From Chloroflexota bacterium (lineage in GTDB: Bacteria > Chloroflexota > Limnocylindria > P2-11E), in assembly GCA_005883625.1 (NCBI GenBank), contig VBDU01000092.1, forward strand, positions 3,621-67,620: a stretch of 64,000 nucleotides of DNA, given 5' to 3'. The stretch's first letter is position 1. Every line of letters starts with the position of its first letter. This document shows positions 1 to 9,309 of this stretch, in pieces. The notes below the pieces were generated by a model that made no database searches, was not told the DNA's origin, and was given only the letters and a program-made list of their open reading frames with translations. Both the position numbers and the translations under genes were made by a program.

Positions 1-73
1 GTCTGGCCTGATTACAGGCCACCGCTGCTGTCGATTTCGCTACTGTTCCCGCGTGATCTCGTCAGATTTCGGT

Positions 74-120
74 CGCCTGAATCGCACTCAAGAGGTCGGG
101 GGTTCGCCCCCCAGCTCCAC
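74..120 (+). pseudogene. Degenerate 3' half of tRNA-Ala(CGC), possible att scar
   Basis: CCTGA-AT-CGC-AC-TCAAG anticodon arm, AGGTC, GGGGG-TTCG-CCCCC T arm missing 3 loop nt, CAGCTCC-A acceptor 3' strand; no 5' half upstream. Confidence 0.7.
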
Positions 121-126
121 ACGACG

Positions 127-249
127 ATGAACCGCTTCACGCAGGGCGATCCCGAACGCGCCGCGAACATCGCGTTCATCCTCATCTTCCTCGGCATCAT
201 CGCCGTCGGCGCGCTCACGATCTGGCTCTTCTACGGAGCCAGCTTCTAG
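127..249 (+). CDS. Small single-TM protein, 40 aa (MNRFTQGDPERAANIAFILIFLGIIAVGALTIWLFYGASF)
   Basis: ATG..TAG read by hand; GC3-rich codons; one hydrophobic helix. Confidence 0.65.
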   Translation: MNRFTQGDPERAANIAFILIFLGIIAVGALTIWLFYGASF

Positions 250-292
250 CCGAGGACTCAGTACCATCCCTTCGACGAGAGGGGAGTCCCTG

Positions 293-1801
293 ATGGCCAC
301 CGAGCATCTCCAGAACTACATCGACGGCCGGTGGGTCGACGCGTCGACAGGCGATTCGTTCGCCGACATCGACCCTGCCACCGGCGAGACGATCGCGAGC
401 GTCACGAAGTCCGCGACCGCCGACGTCGACCGTGCGGTCGATGCGGCGCGGCGCGCTTCGGACCAGTGGCGCCTCTATCCGGCACCGAAGCGCGGCGAGA
501 TCCTCTACCGCGCGGGCGAGCTCATGCTCCGGCGCAAGGAGGAGCTCGCGCGCGAGATGACGAAGGAGATGGGCAAGGTCCTCCCCGAGGCCCGCGGCGA
601 CGTCCAAGAGGGCATCGACATGACCTACTACATCGCCGGCGAAGGCCGCCGCCAGTTCGGCGACGTCGTGCCCGCCGAGCTCCCGAACAAGTGGGCGATG
701 AGCATGCGACACCCCGTCGGCGTCGTCGCCGCCATTACGCCGTGGAACTTTCCCCTGGCCATTCCGACGTGGAAGATCATGCCCGCGCTCGTCCTCGGGA
801 ACGCCGTGGTGTTCAAGCCCGCGTCGTACACGCCGCTCCTCGCCGTGCGCCTCGTGCAGGTCCTCGAGGAGGCCGGCCTGCCGAAAGGCGTCCTCAACCT
901 CGTCCTCGGGTCGGGTGGCGAGCTCGGCGACCACCTCGTGACGCATCCGGGCGTCGACCTGATCTCGTTCACGGGCTCGTCGGACACGGGCTCGCACATC
1001 AGCGAGCTCGCCGGGCGCCTGCTCAAGCGCATCTCCTGCGAGCTCGGCGGAAAGAACGCGATCGTCGTCCTCGACGACGCGGACGTCGACCTCTCGCTCG
1101 ACGGGATCGTGTGGTCCGCGTTCGGAACGTCGGGACAGCGCTGCACCGCGGCGTCGCGCGTGATCGCGCAGCGCGGCGTCGCGCACGACCTCGTCGAGAA
1201 GCTCGTCGGTCGCGCGAAGAAGCTGAAGCTCGGTAACGGGCTCGAGGCGTCGACCGACGTCGGCCCGGTCGTCTCCGCGCAACAGCTCGAGCGAGTGCAC
1301 TCCTTCATCCCGGTCGCCGAAAAAGAGGGTGCGACGGTCGCGGCCGGCGGGCGCGTGTCCACGGAGGGTCCTCTGGCGAAGGGCTTCTTCCACGAGCCGA
1401 CCGTCATCGTCGACGTGAAGCCCAACATGCGCGTGGCGCAGGAGGAGATCTTCGGCCCGGTGACGGCGGTCATCGAGGTCACGGGGATCGACGAGGCGAT
1501 CAAGGTGCTGAACTCCACGAAGTACGGCCTGTCCTGTTCCGTGTACACGCGCAACGTGAACCACGCGTTCCGGTTCATGCGCGACGCCGAGACCGGGCTC
1601 GTGTACGTGAACGCGGGGACGATCGGTGCGGAGATCCAGCTTCCGTTCGGCGGCATGAAGGCGACCGGGAACGGCCACCGCGAGGCTGGGCGCGCAGCGC
1701 TCGACGTGTACTCGGAGTGGAAGTCGATCTACGTCGACTACTCCGGCAAGCTTCAGCGCGCTCAGATGGACACGGTGGAGGGCGTGAAGACCGCGCCCTG
1801 A
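293..1801 (+). CDS. Aldehyde dehydrogenase family protein
   Basis: ITPWNFP, FTGS, ELGGKN, GQRCTA, EEIFGP, PFGG motifs; SD GAGGGGAG. Confidence 0.95.
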   Translation: MATEHLQNYIDGRWVDASTGDSFADIDPATGETIASVTKSATADVDRAVDAARRASDQWRLYPAPKRGEILYRAGELMLRRKEELAREMTKEMGKVLPEARGDVQEGIDMTYYIAGEGRRQFGDVVPAELPNKWAMSMRHPVGVVAAITPWNFPLAIPTWKIMPALVLGNAVVFKPASYTPLLAVRLVQVLEEAGLPKGVLNLVLGSGGELGDHLVTHPGVDLISFTGSSDTGSHISELAGRLLKRISCELGGKNAIVVLDDADVDLSLDGIVWSAFGTSGQRCTAASRVIAQRGVAHDLVEKLVGRAKKLKLGNGLEASTDVGPVVSAQQLERVHSFIPVAEKEGATVAAGGRVSTEGPLAKGFFHEPTVIVDVKPNMRVAQEEIFGPVTAVIEVTGIDEAIKVLNSTKYGLSCSVYTRNVNHAFRFMRDAETGLVYVNAGTIGAEIQLPFGGMKATGNGHREAGRAALDVYSEWKSIYVDYSGKLQRAQMDTVEGVKTAP

Positions 1802-1855
1802 GATCGTCGGCCTTGTCGCGCTGGTCTGTCTGAGGCTGACGCCATCGCGCGCCGT

Positions 1856-2983
1856 TTAGCTCCGGCCGTCGTCAGCGCCCGACGGGCGTTCACGAGGCAG
1901 CGTGAACCGCACGTGCGTGCCGCGTCCGGGGTCGCTGCTCGCGGAGATCGTGCCGCCGTGGGCCTCGACGAGCTGCTTCGCGATCGCGAGGCCAAGTCCC
2001 GCGCCGCGCGACTCCGGGGACTTGTAGAACCGGTCGAAGACCCGCCCGAGCGCCTCAGGAGGGATGCCCGCACCAGTGTCGGTCACGCTGAGCGCGACCC
2101 CGCCCTCGCCGCCCGGCGCCGCTTCGACCTGTACCCGGCCGCCGCGCGGCGTGTAGCGGAGGGCGTTCGCCACGAGGTTCGTGAGGACCTCCCGCACTCG
2201 GACGGGGTCGACGTCGATGGCCGCGAGCTCTGACGAGGCGGCGGTCTCGAGCGACACACCTGCCTGCTCCGCCTGCGGCGCGAACGCTCCCGTCGTTTCG
2301 CGCGCGAGCGCGGCGAGGTCCGTGGGCTCGCGGTGCAAGGCGAGCGCGCCGGCCTCGGCGAGCGACAGCGTGCGCAGGTCCTCGACGAGCCGCGAGATCA
2401 CGTTCGTCTCGTCGAGGATGGTGCGCAGGTGCGGCTCGTCCGGCGGATAGACGCCGTCGAGCAGCGCCTCGAGGTTGCCCTGCACAACCGAGAGCGGCGT
2501 GCGTAGCTCGTGGCTCACGTCGGCGAGGAGGTGCCGCCGCTGCTCTTCGGCGGTCTCGAGCCGCGAGCTCATGGCGTTGAAGGCGCGGGCGAGCGAGCGG
2601 ACCTCTCGCGGGCCGCGCTCTTGCACGCGCGCCGAGAGGTCGCCGCCCTCGATGCGACCGGCCGCGTCGATGAGGTCGCCGAGCGGAGCCGTGAAGCCAC
2701 GAAGACCCCGGCCGGCGAACACGACCACGGCGAAACCCGCGGCGAGGATGAGCGCGACCAGCCAGCCGCCCCGCGGCCCTGCCAGCTCGAACGCTCGCAG
2801 CAGGGCCGCGATCGCGACGGCAAGGACCGCTAGGAAGACGAGCATCGCGCCGGTCGCGAACAACAGGACGCGACGCATGAAGCGTCGACGCATCGGTCGC
2901 CACTGGCCGCCCTGCGGGGGGAACGGCTCGTTCTCGGGCCACCACGGCGGTCGCCCCCGCCGGCCGTGCCAGCCTCTCCTCAT
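1856..2983 (-). CDS. HAMP-domain sensor histidine kinase (BaeS-like)
   Basis: Two TM helices, HAMP, SHELRTPL H-box, NLVANA, DTGAG, GLGL boxes. Confidence 0.95.
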   Translation of the reverse strand: MRRGWHGRRGRPPWWPENEPFPPQGGQWRPMRRRFMRRVLLFATGAMLVFLAVLAVAIAALLRAFELAGPRGGWLVALILAAGFAVVVFAGRGLRGFTAPLGDLIDAAGRIEGGDLSARVQERGPREVRSLARAFNAMSSRLETAEEQRRHLLADVSHELRTPLSVVQGNLEALLDGVYPPDEPHLRTILDETNVISRLVEDLRTLSLAEAGALALHREPTDLAALARETTGAFAPQAEQAGVSLETAASSELAAIDVDPVRVREVLTNLVANALRYTPRGGRVQVEAAPGGEGGVALSVTDTGAGIPPEALGRVFDRFYKSPESRGAGLGLAIAKQLVEAHGGTISASSDPGRGTHVRFTLPRERPSGADDGRS

Positions 2984-3675
2984 GCGTCCGGCTCCGCGAA
3001 CCGATAGCCGACGCCGTAGACGGTCTCCACGTAGCGCGGGGATCCCGGGTCGGGCTCGATCTTCCGGCGGATGTTCTTCACGTGCGCGTCGATCGCGCGC
3101 TCGTACGACTCGAACGCGACGCCCCGGATCGTGTCGAGCAGCTGCGCACGCGTGAACACGCGGCCCGGCTCGGCGGCGAGGGCGGCGAGGAGCTGGAACT
3201 CCGTCGGTGTGAGGTCAACGGCCCGGCCCGCGACCGCCGTCTTCATCCGCGGGAGATCGAGCGTCACGTCACCGACCGTGACGACCTCACTCTTCGTCGC
3301 CGGGCGCTCGGTCCGGCGCAACACCGCACGCACCCGTGCGACGAGCTCCTTCGGGCTGAACGGCTTCGTGACGTAGTCATCGGCACCGAGCTCCAGTCCG
3401 ACGAGCTTGTCCGACTCCTCGCTGCGCCCTGTGAGCATGACGATCGGTACCGCGGACTCCGCGCGGAGCGCCCGCGTCACGTCGAGGCCGTCGAGCTCGG
3501 GGAGGCCGAGGTCGAGGACGACGAGATCGGGACGTTCGGTCCGCGCGGACGCCAGCGCGGCCTTCCCGTCGTACGCGGTCACGACGGCGAAGCCCGCATG
3601 CTCGAGGTAGTCGCGCGCGAGCTGGAGGATCTTTGGCTCGTCGTCGACCACGAGGATCCGCTTCACCGCGGGCAT
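2980..3675 (-). CDS. OmpR-family response regulator
   Basis: ILVVDDE, VLDLGLP, KPFS and winged-helix ETVYGVGYRF. Confidence 0.95.
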   Translation of the reverse strand: MPAVKRILVVDDEPKILQLARDYLEHAGFAVVTAYDGKAALASARTERPDLVVLDLGLPELDGLDVTRALRAESAVPIVMLTGRSEESDKLVGLELGADDYVTKPFSPKELVARVRAVLRRTERPATKSEVVTVGDVTLDLPRMKTAVAGRAVDLTPTEFQLLAALAAEPGRVFTRAQLLDTIRGVAFESYERAIDAHVKNIRRKIEPDPGSPRYVETVYGVGYRFAEPDA

Positions 3676-3706
3676 CCTACGGAGCCCGCCGCACGACGAC
3701 GCGCGA

Positions 3707-3733
3707 AAGGACGGAGGCGGCGCCTCCGTCCTT
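3707..3733 (-). terminator. Hairpin, probable intrinsic terminator
   Basis: AAGGACGGAGGC-GGC-GCCTCCGTCCTT 12-bp stem after the 121-aa gene. Confidence 0.6.
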
Positions 3734-3754
3734 CGCCTCGCGGACGGGTCGGCG

Positions 3755-4120
3755 TCAGCGTCCGGTCGGCGGTGCGGAGCCGGGGCCGGCGTCCGCGCGC
3801 GGCGCCTCGCCGTGGGCCTGCTTGTGCCACTCCTCGAGACGCGCCTGCCGGTCGCCCCAGTAGCCGTGGCCGCCCGGCCCGCCGTAGCGGCGACCCCAGC
3901 CGCCCCAGAACGCGCTACGCAGCAAGAGGAAGATCAGGACGAAGAAGAGGAGCGGGAAGAAGAACCCGAATCCGAAGAAGAATGGGTGGTAGTAGACCGC
4001 GGGCGCCGCCACCGCGGTGCCGCTCGTTGCGACCCCCTGCGCGACGCCGAGGTTGTACGCGCCGACGCCCACGATGAGGGCGATGACGAGCGTGACGATG
4101 AGTCCGACGATGCCTCGCAT
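3755..4120 (-). CDS. Small membrane protein, probable target of the adjacent two-component system
   Basis: Two hydrophobic segments, Gly/aromatic-rich linker, EEWHKQAH tail; SD AAGGAG. Confidence 0.85.
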   Translation of the reverse strand: MRGIVGLIVTLVIALIVGVGAYNLGVAQGVATSGTAVAAPAVYYHPFFFGFGFFFPLLFFVLIFLLLRSAFWGGWGRRYGGPGGHGYWGDRQARLEEWHKQAHGEAPRADAGPGSAPPTGR

Positions 4121-4169
4121 GTCCTCGTGCTCCTTTCGTTTCGTGCGAGGCGAAGGCTGCGCTCCGATC

Positions 4170-4186
4170 GTGAAGCGGGTGTGAAG
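4170..4186. promoter_or_regulatory. Tandem GTGAAG-N5-GTGAAG, candidate OmpR-family binding site
   Basis: Direct hexamer repeat with 11-bp period upstream of the membrane protein/RR/HK genes. Confidence 0.5.
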
Positions 4187-4210
4187 GTGCTGGGGAGAGC
4201 TCTGCGCCGC

Positions 4211-4762
4211 CTAGCGCAGGATCGAGTCGAGCCAGCGCGCCGCGGCTTCGACCGCCTCCGGCTCGGCGGCGCCGAAGTCGTGGCCCGCGCCCGCGATGAC
4301 GACGAGGTCGATGCGCGGGTTGCGGCCCGCGATGCGCTCGAGCACGCCGAGCGGACCGAGCTCGTCGCGCTCGCCCTGCACCACGAGCGTGGGGCAGGCG
4401 ACGGCCTCGAGGGCGGCCTCGTCGTCGGTCCGCGGCCGGCCCGGCGGCGCGATCGGATGACCGAGGATGGCGAGCGCGTCCGGCGGCTCGGCCCGCGCGA
4501 GGAACGCGCACATCCGTCCGCCGAACGAACGGCCGACGAGCGCGATCCGCTCCGCTCCCTCCTCGCGCAACCGCTCGCGTGCGCCGCGCAGGTCCGCGAG
4601 CTCGCGCTCGTATGCTCGACTCGGCCGCGAGCCGCGCGTCGAGAAGGTGACCGCACGTGCCGCGATGCCGTCCTTCGCCAGGCGAGCGGCAAGAGCGCGG
4701 AGGATGGGCTGCCGGTCGTCGCCGCCGTACCCGGGCGCGAGCACCACCGCGCGCGCGCTCAG
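4211..4762 (-). CDS. Alpha/beta hydrolase family protein (start uncertain)
   Basis: LAPGYGG, GRSFGG nucleophile elbow, QGERD, GAGHDF; likely CTG start overlapping the ligD stop, or a downstream GTG. Confidence 0.8.
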   Translation of the reverse strand: MSARAVVLAPGYGGDDRQPILRALAARLAKDGIAARAVTFSTRGSRPSRAYERELADLRGARERLREEGAERIALVGRSFGGRMCAFLARAEPPDALAILGHPIAPPGRPRTDDEAALEAVACPTLVVQGERDELGPLGVLERIAGRNPRIDLVVIAGAGHDFGAAEPEAVEAAARWLDSILR

Positions 4763-7149
4763 GCCGGGACCTTCGGGAGCTTCTGCGCGAGCTCGAGCGA
4801 GGGCGCGAGCAGATCGCCGACCTGCTCGAGGCGCGTGGGCATGTTCGCCATCGTGAAGGCATCGGGACGACCGAGAGAGGGGATCTCGTCCCACCGCAGG
4901 GGCGCGGACACCGGCGCGCGGCGGATCGGGCGCACGCTGTAGGGACCAGCCGTCGACTTCATGCGCACGTTCTGCAGGTAGTCGATGTAGATGCCGCGCC
5001 GCCGCGCCTTCGCGAACTCGAGCGTCACGAGCTTGGGCAGCCGCTCGCGCGCGAGCTCCCCGACGCGCAGCGCGAACGCCCGCGTCTCGTCGAACGTGTA
5101 GCGGAGGACGATCGGGACGAGCACGTGGATCCCCCGCGAGCCCGTCGTCTTGGGGAAGCCCTCAAGGTGCAGATCATCGAGGACCTGCTTCACGACGCGG
5201 GCGACCTCCTTCACGTCGTCCCAGGTCGCGCCCTCGGCGGGATCGAGGTCGATCATCACGTTGTCCGGGTGGTCGGGGTCGTCGACGCGGGCGAGCCGTG
5301 GGTGGATCTCGATCGCCGTGTAGTTCGCCATCCACACCAGCGTCGCCATGTCGTTCGCGAGGATGTAGTCGTTCTCGGGCTCGTGGGGATCCTTCCAGCT
5401 CTTCACCCACTCCGGGGTGAACCCGGGCTTGTTCTTCTGGTAGAAGCTCTGCCCGCTGATCCCGTCGGGGAAGGGTTTCAGGGTGAGCGGCCTGTCGCGC
5501 AGCCACGGGATCAGGTACGGCGAGACCTCCGTGTAGTAGCGGATGAGATCCGCCTTCGTGTAGCCGTCCTCGGGCCAGAGCACCTTCTCGAGGTTCGTGA
5601 GCTTGACCCGCCTGCCCTCGACCTCGAGCACGGCGGGCACCCGCGGGGCCGGCGCGGTGCCGTCGCCAGAGGGCGGCTTCACCGCGGCCTGCTTCGCGGC
5701 GTGCTGCGCCTTCTTCGCCGATTCGACGCGCTCCTCGCCGGTGCAGTCCTTCGGATCGACGTCGGGTCGCAGGCCGCGATACGTGGGATGGCGAAGCGTG
5801 CCGTCTCGGGTGATCTCACCGTACGCGACCTCGCACACGAGCTCCGGCAGGCACCAGCGGGCGGGCTGGTTCACCCGCGGCGGCGTGGCGAAGGGGGAGG
5901 TTGGCGACTCGTGCTTCTCGAGCATCCCAAGCAGGTCGCGCAGGGTGCGTTCGTCGAAGCCGGTGCCGACGTGGCCGACAGGCTGCAGCTCTCCGTCGCG
6001 GTACACGCCCAGGAGGAGCGCGCCGAGCGTCTTCGCGCGCCCGCCCTGCCCCTCGGTCCAGCCGCCGATGACGCAGTCCATGGAGCGGAACGCCTTGATC
6101 TTCACCCACGCCGGCGAGCGCGCGCCCGGGACGTACACCGAGTCGAGGCGCTTGGCGACGATCCCTTCGAGACCCTGCTCACGCGCCGCAGCGAACAGCG
6201 CGAGGCCCGTCCCGACGAAGCCCTCGGAGCGCCGGATCGCGCCCATCGGCGTCAGCGCGGCGTCGAGCTTGGCGAGCCGCTCGCGCAGAGGACGGCGCGT
6301 GAGGTCCTCGCCGTCGAGATACAGGATGTCGAAGGCCTCGTAGACGACCGGCGTCGAGCGTCGGAGCTTGCGGATCGCGGACTCGTCGGTCTGGTGCATC
6401 CGGGGCTGCAGGCGCTGGAAGCTCGGCACGCCTTTCGGGTCGAGGGCCACGATCTCGCCGTCGACGATCGCCTGGTAGCCGCCGGTGAGCGCCTCGGCGA
6501 CCTGCGTGGCCTCGGGGTACTGCTTCGTGCAGTCGAGGAGGTTGCGCGTCTGCAGCCGCACCTCGCCCCCGTCGACGAACGCGAGCGTGCGCACGCCGTC
6601 CCATTTCGGCTCGTACACGAAGTCCGGCGAATCGAACGGCTCGTCCGCCGCGACCGCCATCATCGGGGGGACCTTCTGTGCGAGCGGGTCGGCCTTCGGC
6701 GGCGTCCCGTGCTTGATCATGAGCCAGTCACGGCCCTCGTTCTGGCGCGTCTTCACGAGGACCCACTCGCCCACGAGGCGCTTGCCCGCGAACTTGATCT
6801 TGAGCTCGTCGTCCTTCTCCTCGAGAGTCTCGAACGTCCCCGTGTCCCAGATCGTCATCGTCCCGGCGCCGTAGCCGTCGGGGATCACGCCGTGGAACGT
6901 GAGGTACTCGATCGGGTGGTCCTCGGTGTGGACCGCCAGCCGGCGCTTGCCCGCCTCGAGTGGCGGACCGTTCGGGACGGCCCACGACGCGAGGATCCCG
7001 CGCATCTCGAGACGCACGTCCCAGTGCAGGCGCGTCGCGTGATGGCGATGGACCACGTAGCGGCGTGTCGCCTCCCCCTTCGGCTGCCGACCCTTCGGCT
7101 CGGGCGTCCGGGCGAAGTCGCGTTTGCGCTGGTACTCGGTGAGGCTCAC
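4759..7149 (-). CDS. ligD: NHEJ DNA ligase D (phosphoesterase-ligase-polymerase)
   Basis: PE domain (YQRKRDF..TPEP, HATRLHWDVRLE), ligase EPKWDG/EGIVAK, primase-polymerase (TKADLIRYY, DLDP, KTTGSRGIH). Confidence 0.95.
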   Translation of the reverse strand: MSLTEYQRKRDFARTPEPKGRQPKGEATRRYVVHRHHATRLHWDVRLEMRGILASWAVPNGPPLEAGKRRLAVHTEDHPIEYLTFHGVIPDGYGAGTMTIWDTGTFETLEEKDDELKIKFAGKRLVGEWVLVKTRQNEGRDWLMIKHGTPPKADPLAQKVPPMMAVAADEPFDSPDFVYEPKWDGVRTLAFVDGGEVRLQTRNLLDCTKQYPEATQVAEALTGGYQAIVDGEIVALDPKGVPSFQRLQPRMHQTDESAIRKLRRSTPVVYEAFDILYLDGEDLTRRPLRERLAKLDAALTPMGAIRRSEGFVGTGLALFAAAREQGLEGIVAKRLDSVYVPGARSPAWVKIKAFRSMDCVIGGWTEGQGGRAKTLGALLLGVYRDGELQPVGHVGTGFDERTLRDLLGMLEKHESPTSPFATPPRVNQPARWCLPELVCEVAYGEITRDGTLRHPTYRGLRPDVDPKDCTGEERVESAKKAQHAAKQAAVKPPSGDGTAPAPRVPAVLEVEGRRVKLTNLEKVLWPEDGYTKADLIRYYTEVSPYLIPWLRDRPLTLKPFPDGISGQSFYQKNKPGFTPEWVKSWKDPHEPENDYILANDMATLVWMANYTAIEIHPRLARVDDPDHPDNVMIDLDPAEGATWDDVKEVARVVKQVLDDLHLEGFPKTTGSRGIHVLVPIVLRYTFDETRAFALRVGELARERLPKLVTLEFAKARRRGIYIDYLQNVRMKSTAGPYSVRPIRRAPVSAPLRWDEIPSLGRPDAFTMANMPTRLEQVGDLLAPSLELAQKLPKVPA

Positions 7150-7185
7150 TCTTGCTCTTCCGCCAATTGTCTCGGAGGTCCGTTC

Positions 7186-8817
7186 ATGGCGTCGGCCTCG
7201 TTCTCCGCCCTCGTCAAGAGCTACCTCGATGAGCGCTACGAGGAGTCACCGACGTGGGCCAGCATCCTCGGCCTGACCGAGTACGACGAGCGCTCGACGG
7301 ACCTCTCAGCCGAGGCGTTCCGCCGGCGCGACGCGCGCGTGCTCGAGTGGACCCGGCGCTTCCGCTCCGCGGTCGACGCGGAGCTCGCTCCGAACGAGCG
7401 GATCGATCGCGACGTCGTGCTCGCCTCGCTGCGCGGGCGCGAGCTCCTGCAGCCGCGCGAGGAGTGGCGGCGACAGCCGAGCGTCTACTTGAATCCGTCC
7501 CTTCAGGGGGTCTTCACGCTCTTCCTCCACCGCCTCCGTCCCGAGCGCGAGCTCGCCGACGCCGCGCGCGCGCGGCTCGAGGCCGTCCCCGAGCAGATCG
7601 GGCACGGCAAGGCGAACCTCGATCTGCCGAACGCCCCCCGCGTCTACATCGATCGCGCCATCGGCCAGGCGAAGGCCGCGGCCCGCTACGCGCGCGACCT
7701 GGTCCCCGCCGAGGTGAAGGACGCCTCGCTGCGGGAGCGGCTCGCCGGGGCCGGAGCCGTCGCGGGAGCGGCGTACGAGGACTTCGCGGCCTTCCTCGGA
7801 GGCAACAAGGAGCGCGCGACTGGCGACTACGCCATCGGCGCGGACCTCTACACCGCGCTGCTCAAGGATTCGGAGCTTCTCCCGTACGACGCGCGCGAGC
7901 TGCGCGAGCGCGGCGAGGAGCAGTACGAGCTGCTGTCGGCGGAAGCGAACAGGATCGCCGAGGACATCGACGGATCCGGCGACTGGGTGAAGACCTGCGC
8001 GACGCTCAACCGCGTCCACGCGCCGACGCCCGAAGCGATGCGCGCCGAGTACGAGGCGTGGACCGAGAAGGCGCGCACGTTCCTCCGTGAGACCGGCCTC
8101 GTGACGCTGCCGGCGGGCGAGCGCTGCAGTGTCGAGCCGTCGCCGCTCTTCCAGCGGCCGATCCTCGCTGTCGCGAGCTACAACGCGCCGCCCGCGTTCA
8201 GCGATTCGCGGCACGGCCACTTCTTCGTCCCGTACCCGCCCGACGGGACGCCGCCGGAGGAGGTGCAGAAGCGGCTCGAAGGCAATTCCAGCGCGGGCAT
8301 CCCCACGACCGCGGTCCACGAGGCGTACCCCGGCCATCACTGGCACCTCGTCATGGCCAAGGCGAACCCCTCCCCGATCCGCAGGACGCACTGGACGTCG
8401 TATTTCGGCGAGGGCTGGGCGCTCTACGCGGAGCGGGTGATGCGCGAGCAGGGCTTCTTCACTGACCCGAGGCAGCTCATCTTCCAGTACGAGGCGACAC
8501 TCTTCCGCGCCGCGCGGATCGTCGTCGACGTCGGGCTGCACTCCGGAGAGATGACCTTCGAGCAGGCCGTCGACTTCATGACCGAGAAGGGGAACCTCAC
8601 GCCACCGAACGCGCGCGCCGAGGTCGGCCGGTACTGCTCGTGGCCCACGCAGGCGTCCAGCTACCTCACCGGCATGCTCGAGATCGTGGACATCCGCACG
8701 CGCTGGCTCGCGCGGAAGGGCTCGAGCGACCGCGCGGCGCTCCGCGAGTTCCACGACGCGATCACGTCGACCGGCTCCATTCCGACCACGCTCGCGGAGC
8801 GGGCGATCGCCGCGTGA
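7186..8817 (+). CDS. DUF885 family protein
   Basis: HEAYPGHH and FGEGWALYAE motifs; ATG at 7186 with SD GGAGG. Confidence 0.9.
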   Translation: MASASFSALVKSYLDERYEESPTWASILGLTEYDERSTDLSAEAFRRRDARVLEWTRRFRSAVDAELAPNERIDRDVVLASLRGRELLQPREEWRRQPSVYLNPSLQGVFTLFLHRLRPERELADAARARLEAVPEQIGHGKANLDLPNAPRVYIDRAIGQAKAAARYARDLVPAEVKDASLRERLAGAGAVAGAAYEDFAAFLGGNKERATGDYAIGADLYTALLKDSELLPYDARELRERGEEQYELLSAEANRIAEDIDGSGDWVKTCATLNRVHAPTPEAMRAEYEAWTEKARTFLRETGLVTLPAGERCSVEPSPLFQRPILAVASYNAPPAFSDSRHGHFFVPYPPDGTPPEEVQKRLEGNSSAGIPTTAVHEAYPGHHWHLVMAKANPSPIRRTHWTSYFGEGWALYAERVMREQGFFTDPRQLIFQYEATLFRAARIVVDVGLHSGEMTFEQAVDFMTEKGNLTPPNARAEVGRYCSWPTQASSYLTGMLEIVDIRTRWLARKGSSDRAALREFHDAITSTGSIPTTLAERAIAA

Positions 8818-9236
8818 GCGATCTGCCCTGGTGGGCGATCGCGATCCTTGTGATCGTCGCGATCTGGATCGTGGCAGCCGTGGTCCTCGTCGCCCTCGGT
8901 CGGGTCGTCCTCGCGCGCGAGCTCGCGACGATCCTTCCCAACCTCATCCGTCTCTTCGCCGGGCTCCTCCGCGACGGGCGCGTTCCTCTGCGGGCGAAGA
9001 TCGTCCTCGCGATCGCGTCGCTTTACCTGGCGTCGCCGATCGACCTTATCCCCGATTTCGTCCCGCTGGCCGGAGGGCTCGACGACGCGGTCGTCGCCGG
9101 GTTCGCCCTGCGCTTCGTCCTGAGCACGACCGATCCGGCGCTCGTGCGGTCCCACTGGCGCGGCGATCCGGCGACGCTCGAACGGCTCACGCGCTGGCTG
9201 CGGGTCGGCGGTGTCATCCCGCCCGCGGTGCCTTGA
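8814..9236 (+). CDS. YkvA/DUF1232 family membrane protein
   Basis: YLASPIDLIPDFVPLAGGLDD signature; GTGA overlap with upstream stop. Confidence 0.9.
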   Translation: MSDLPWWAIAILVIVAIWIVAAVVLVALGRVVLARELATILPNLIRLFAGLLRDGRVPLRAKIVLAIASLYLASPIDLIPDFVPLAGGLDDAVVAGFALRFVLSTTDPALVRSHWRGDPATLERLTRWLRVGGVIPPAVP

Positions 9237-9309
9237 CGAGACCGGGTATGCTCGCGCGGCTGCGCCGCGCGGGAAAACCGAGAGAGACGGCGGCGGCGAG
9301 GTGTTCACG

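Noticed and set aside
74-120. Functional tRNA at the window start
   Set aside because: No 5' acceptor strand or D arm, and the T loop is truncated
4657-7185. N-terminal part of the 1386-aa plus-strand ORF
   Set aside because: Antisense shadow of ligD; only 7186-8817 (DUF885) has an SD and family motifs
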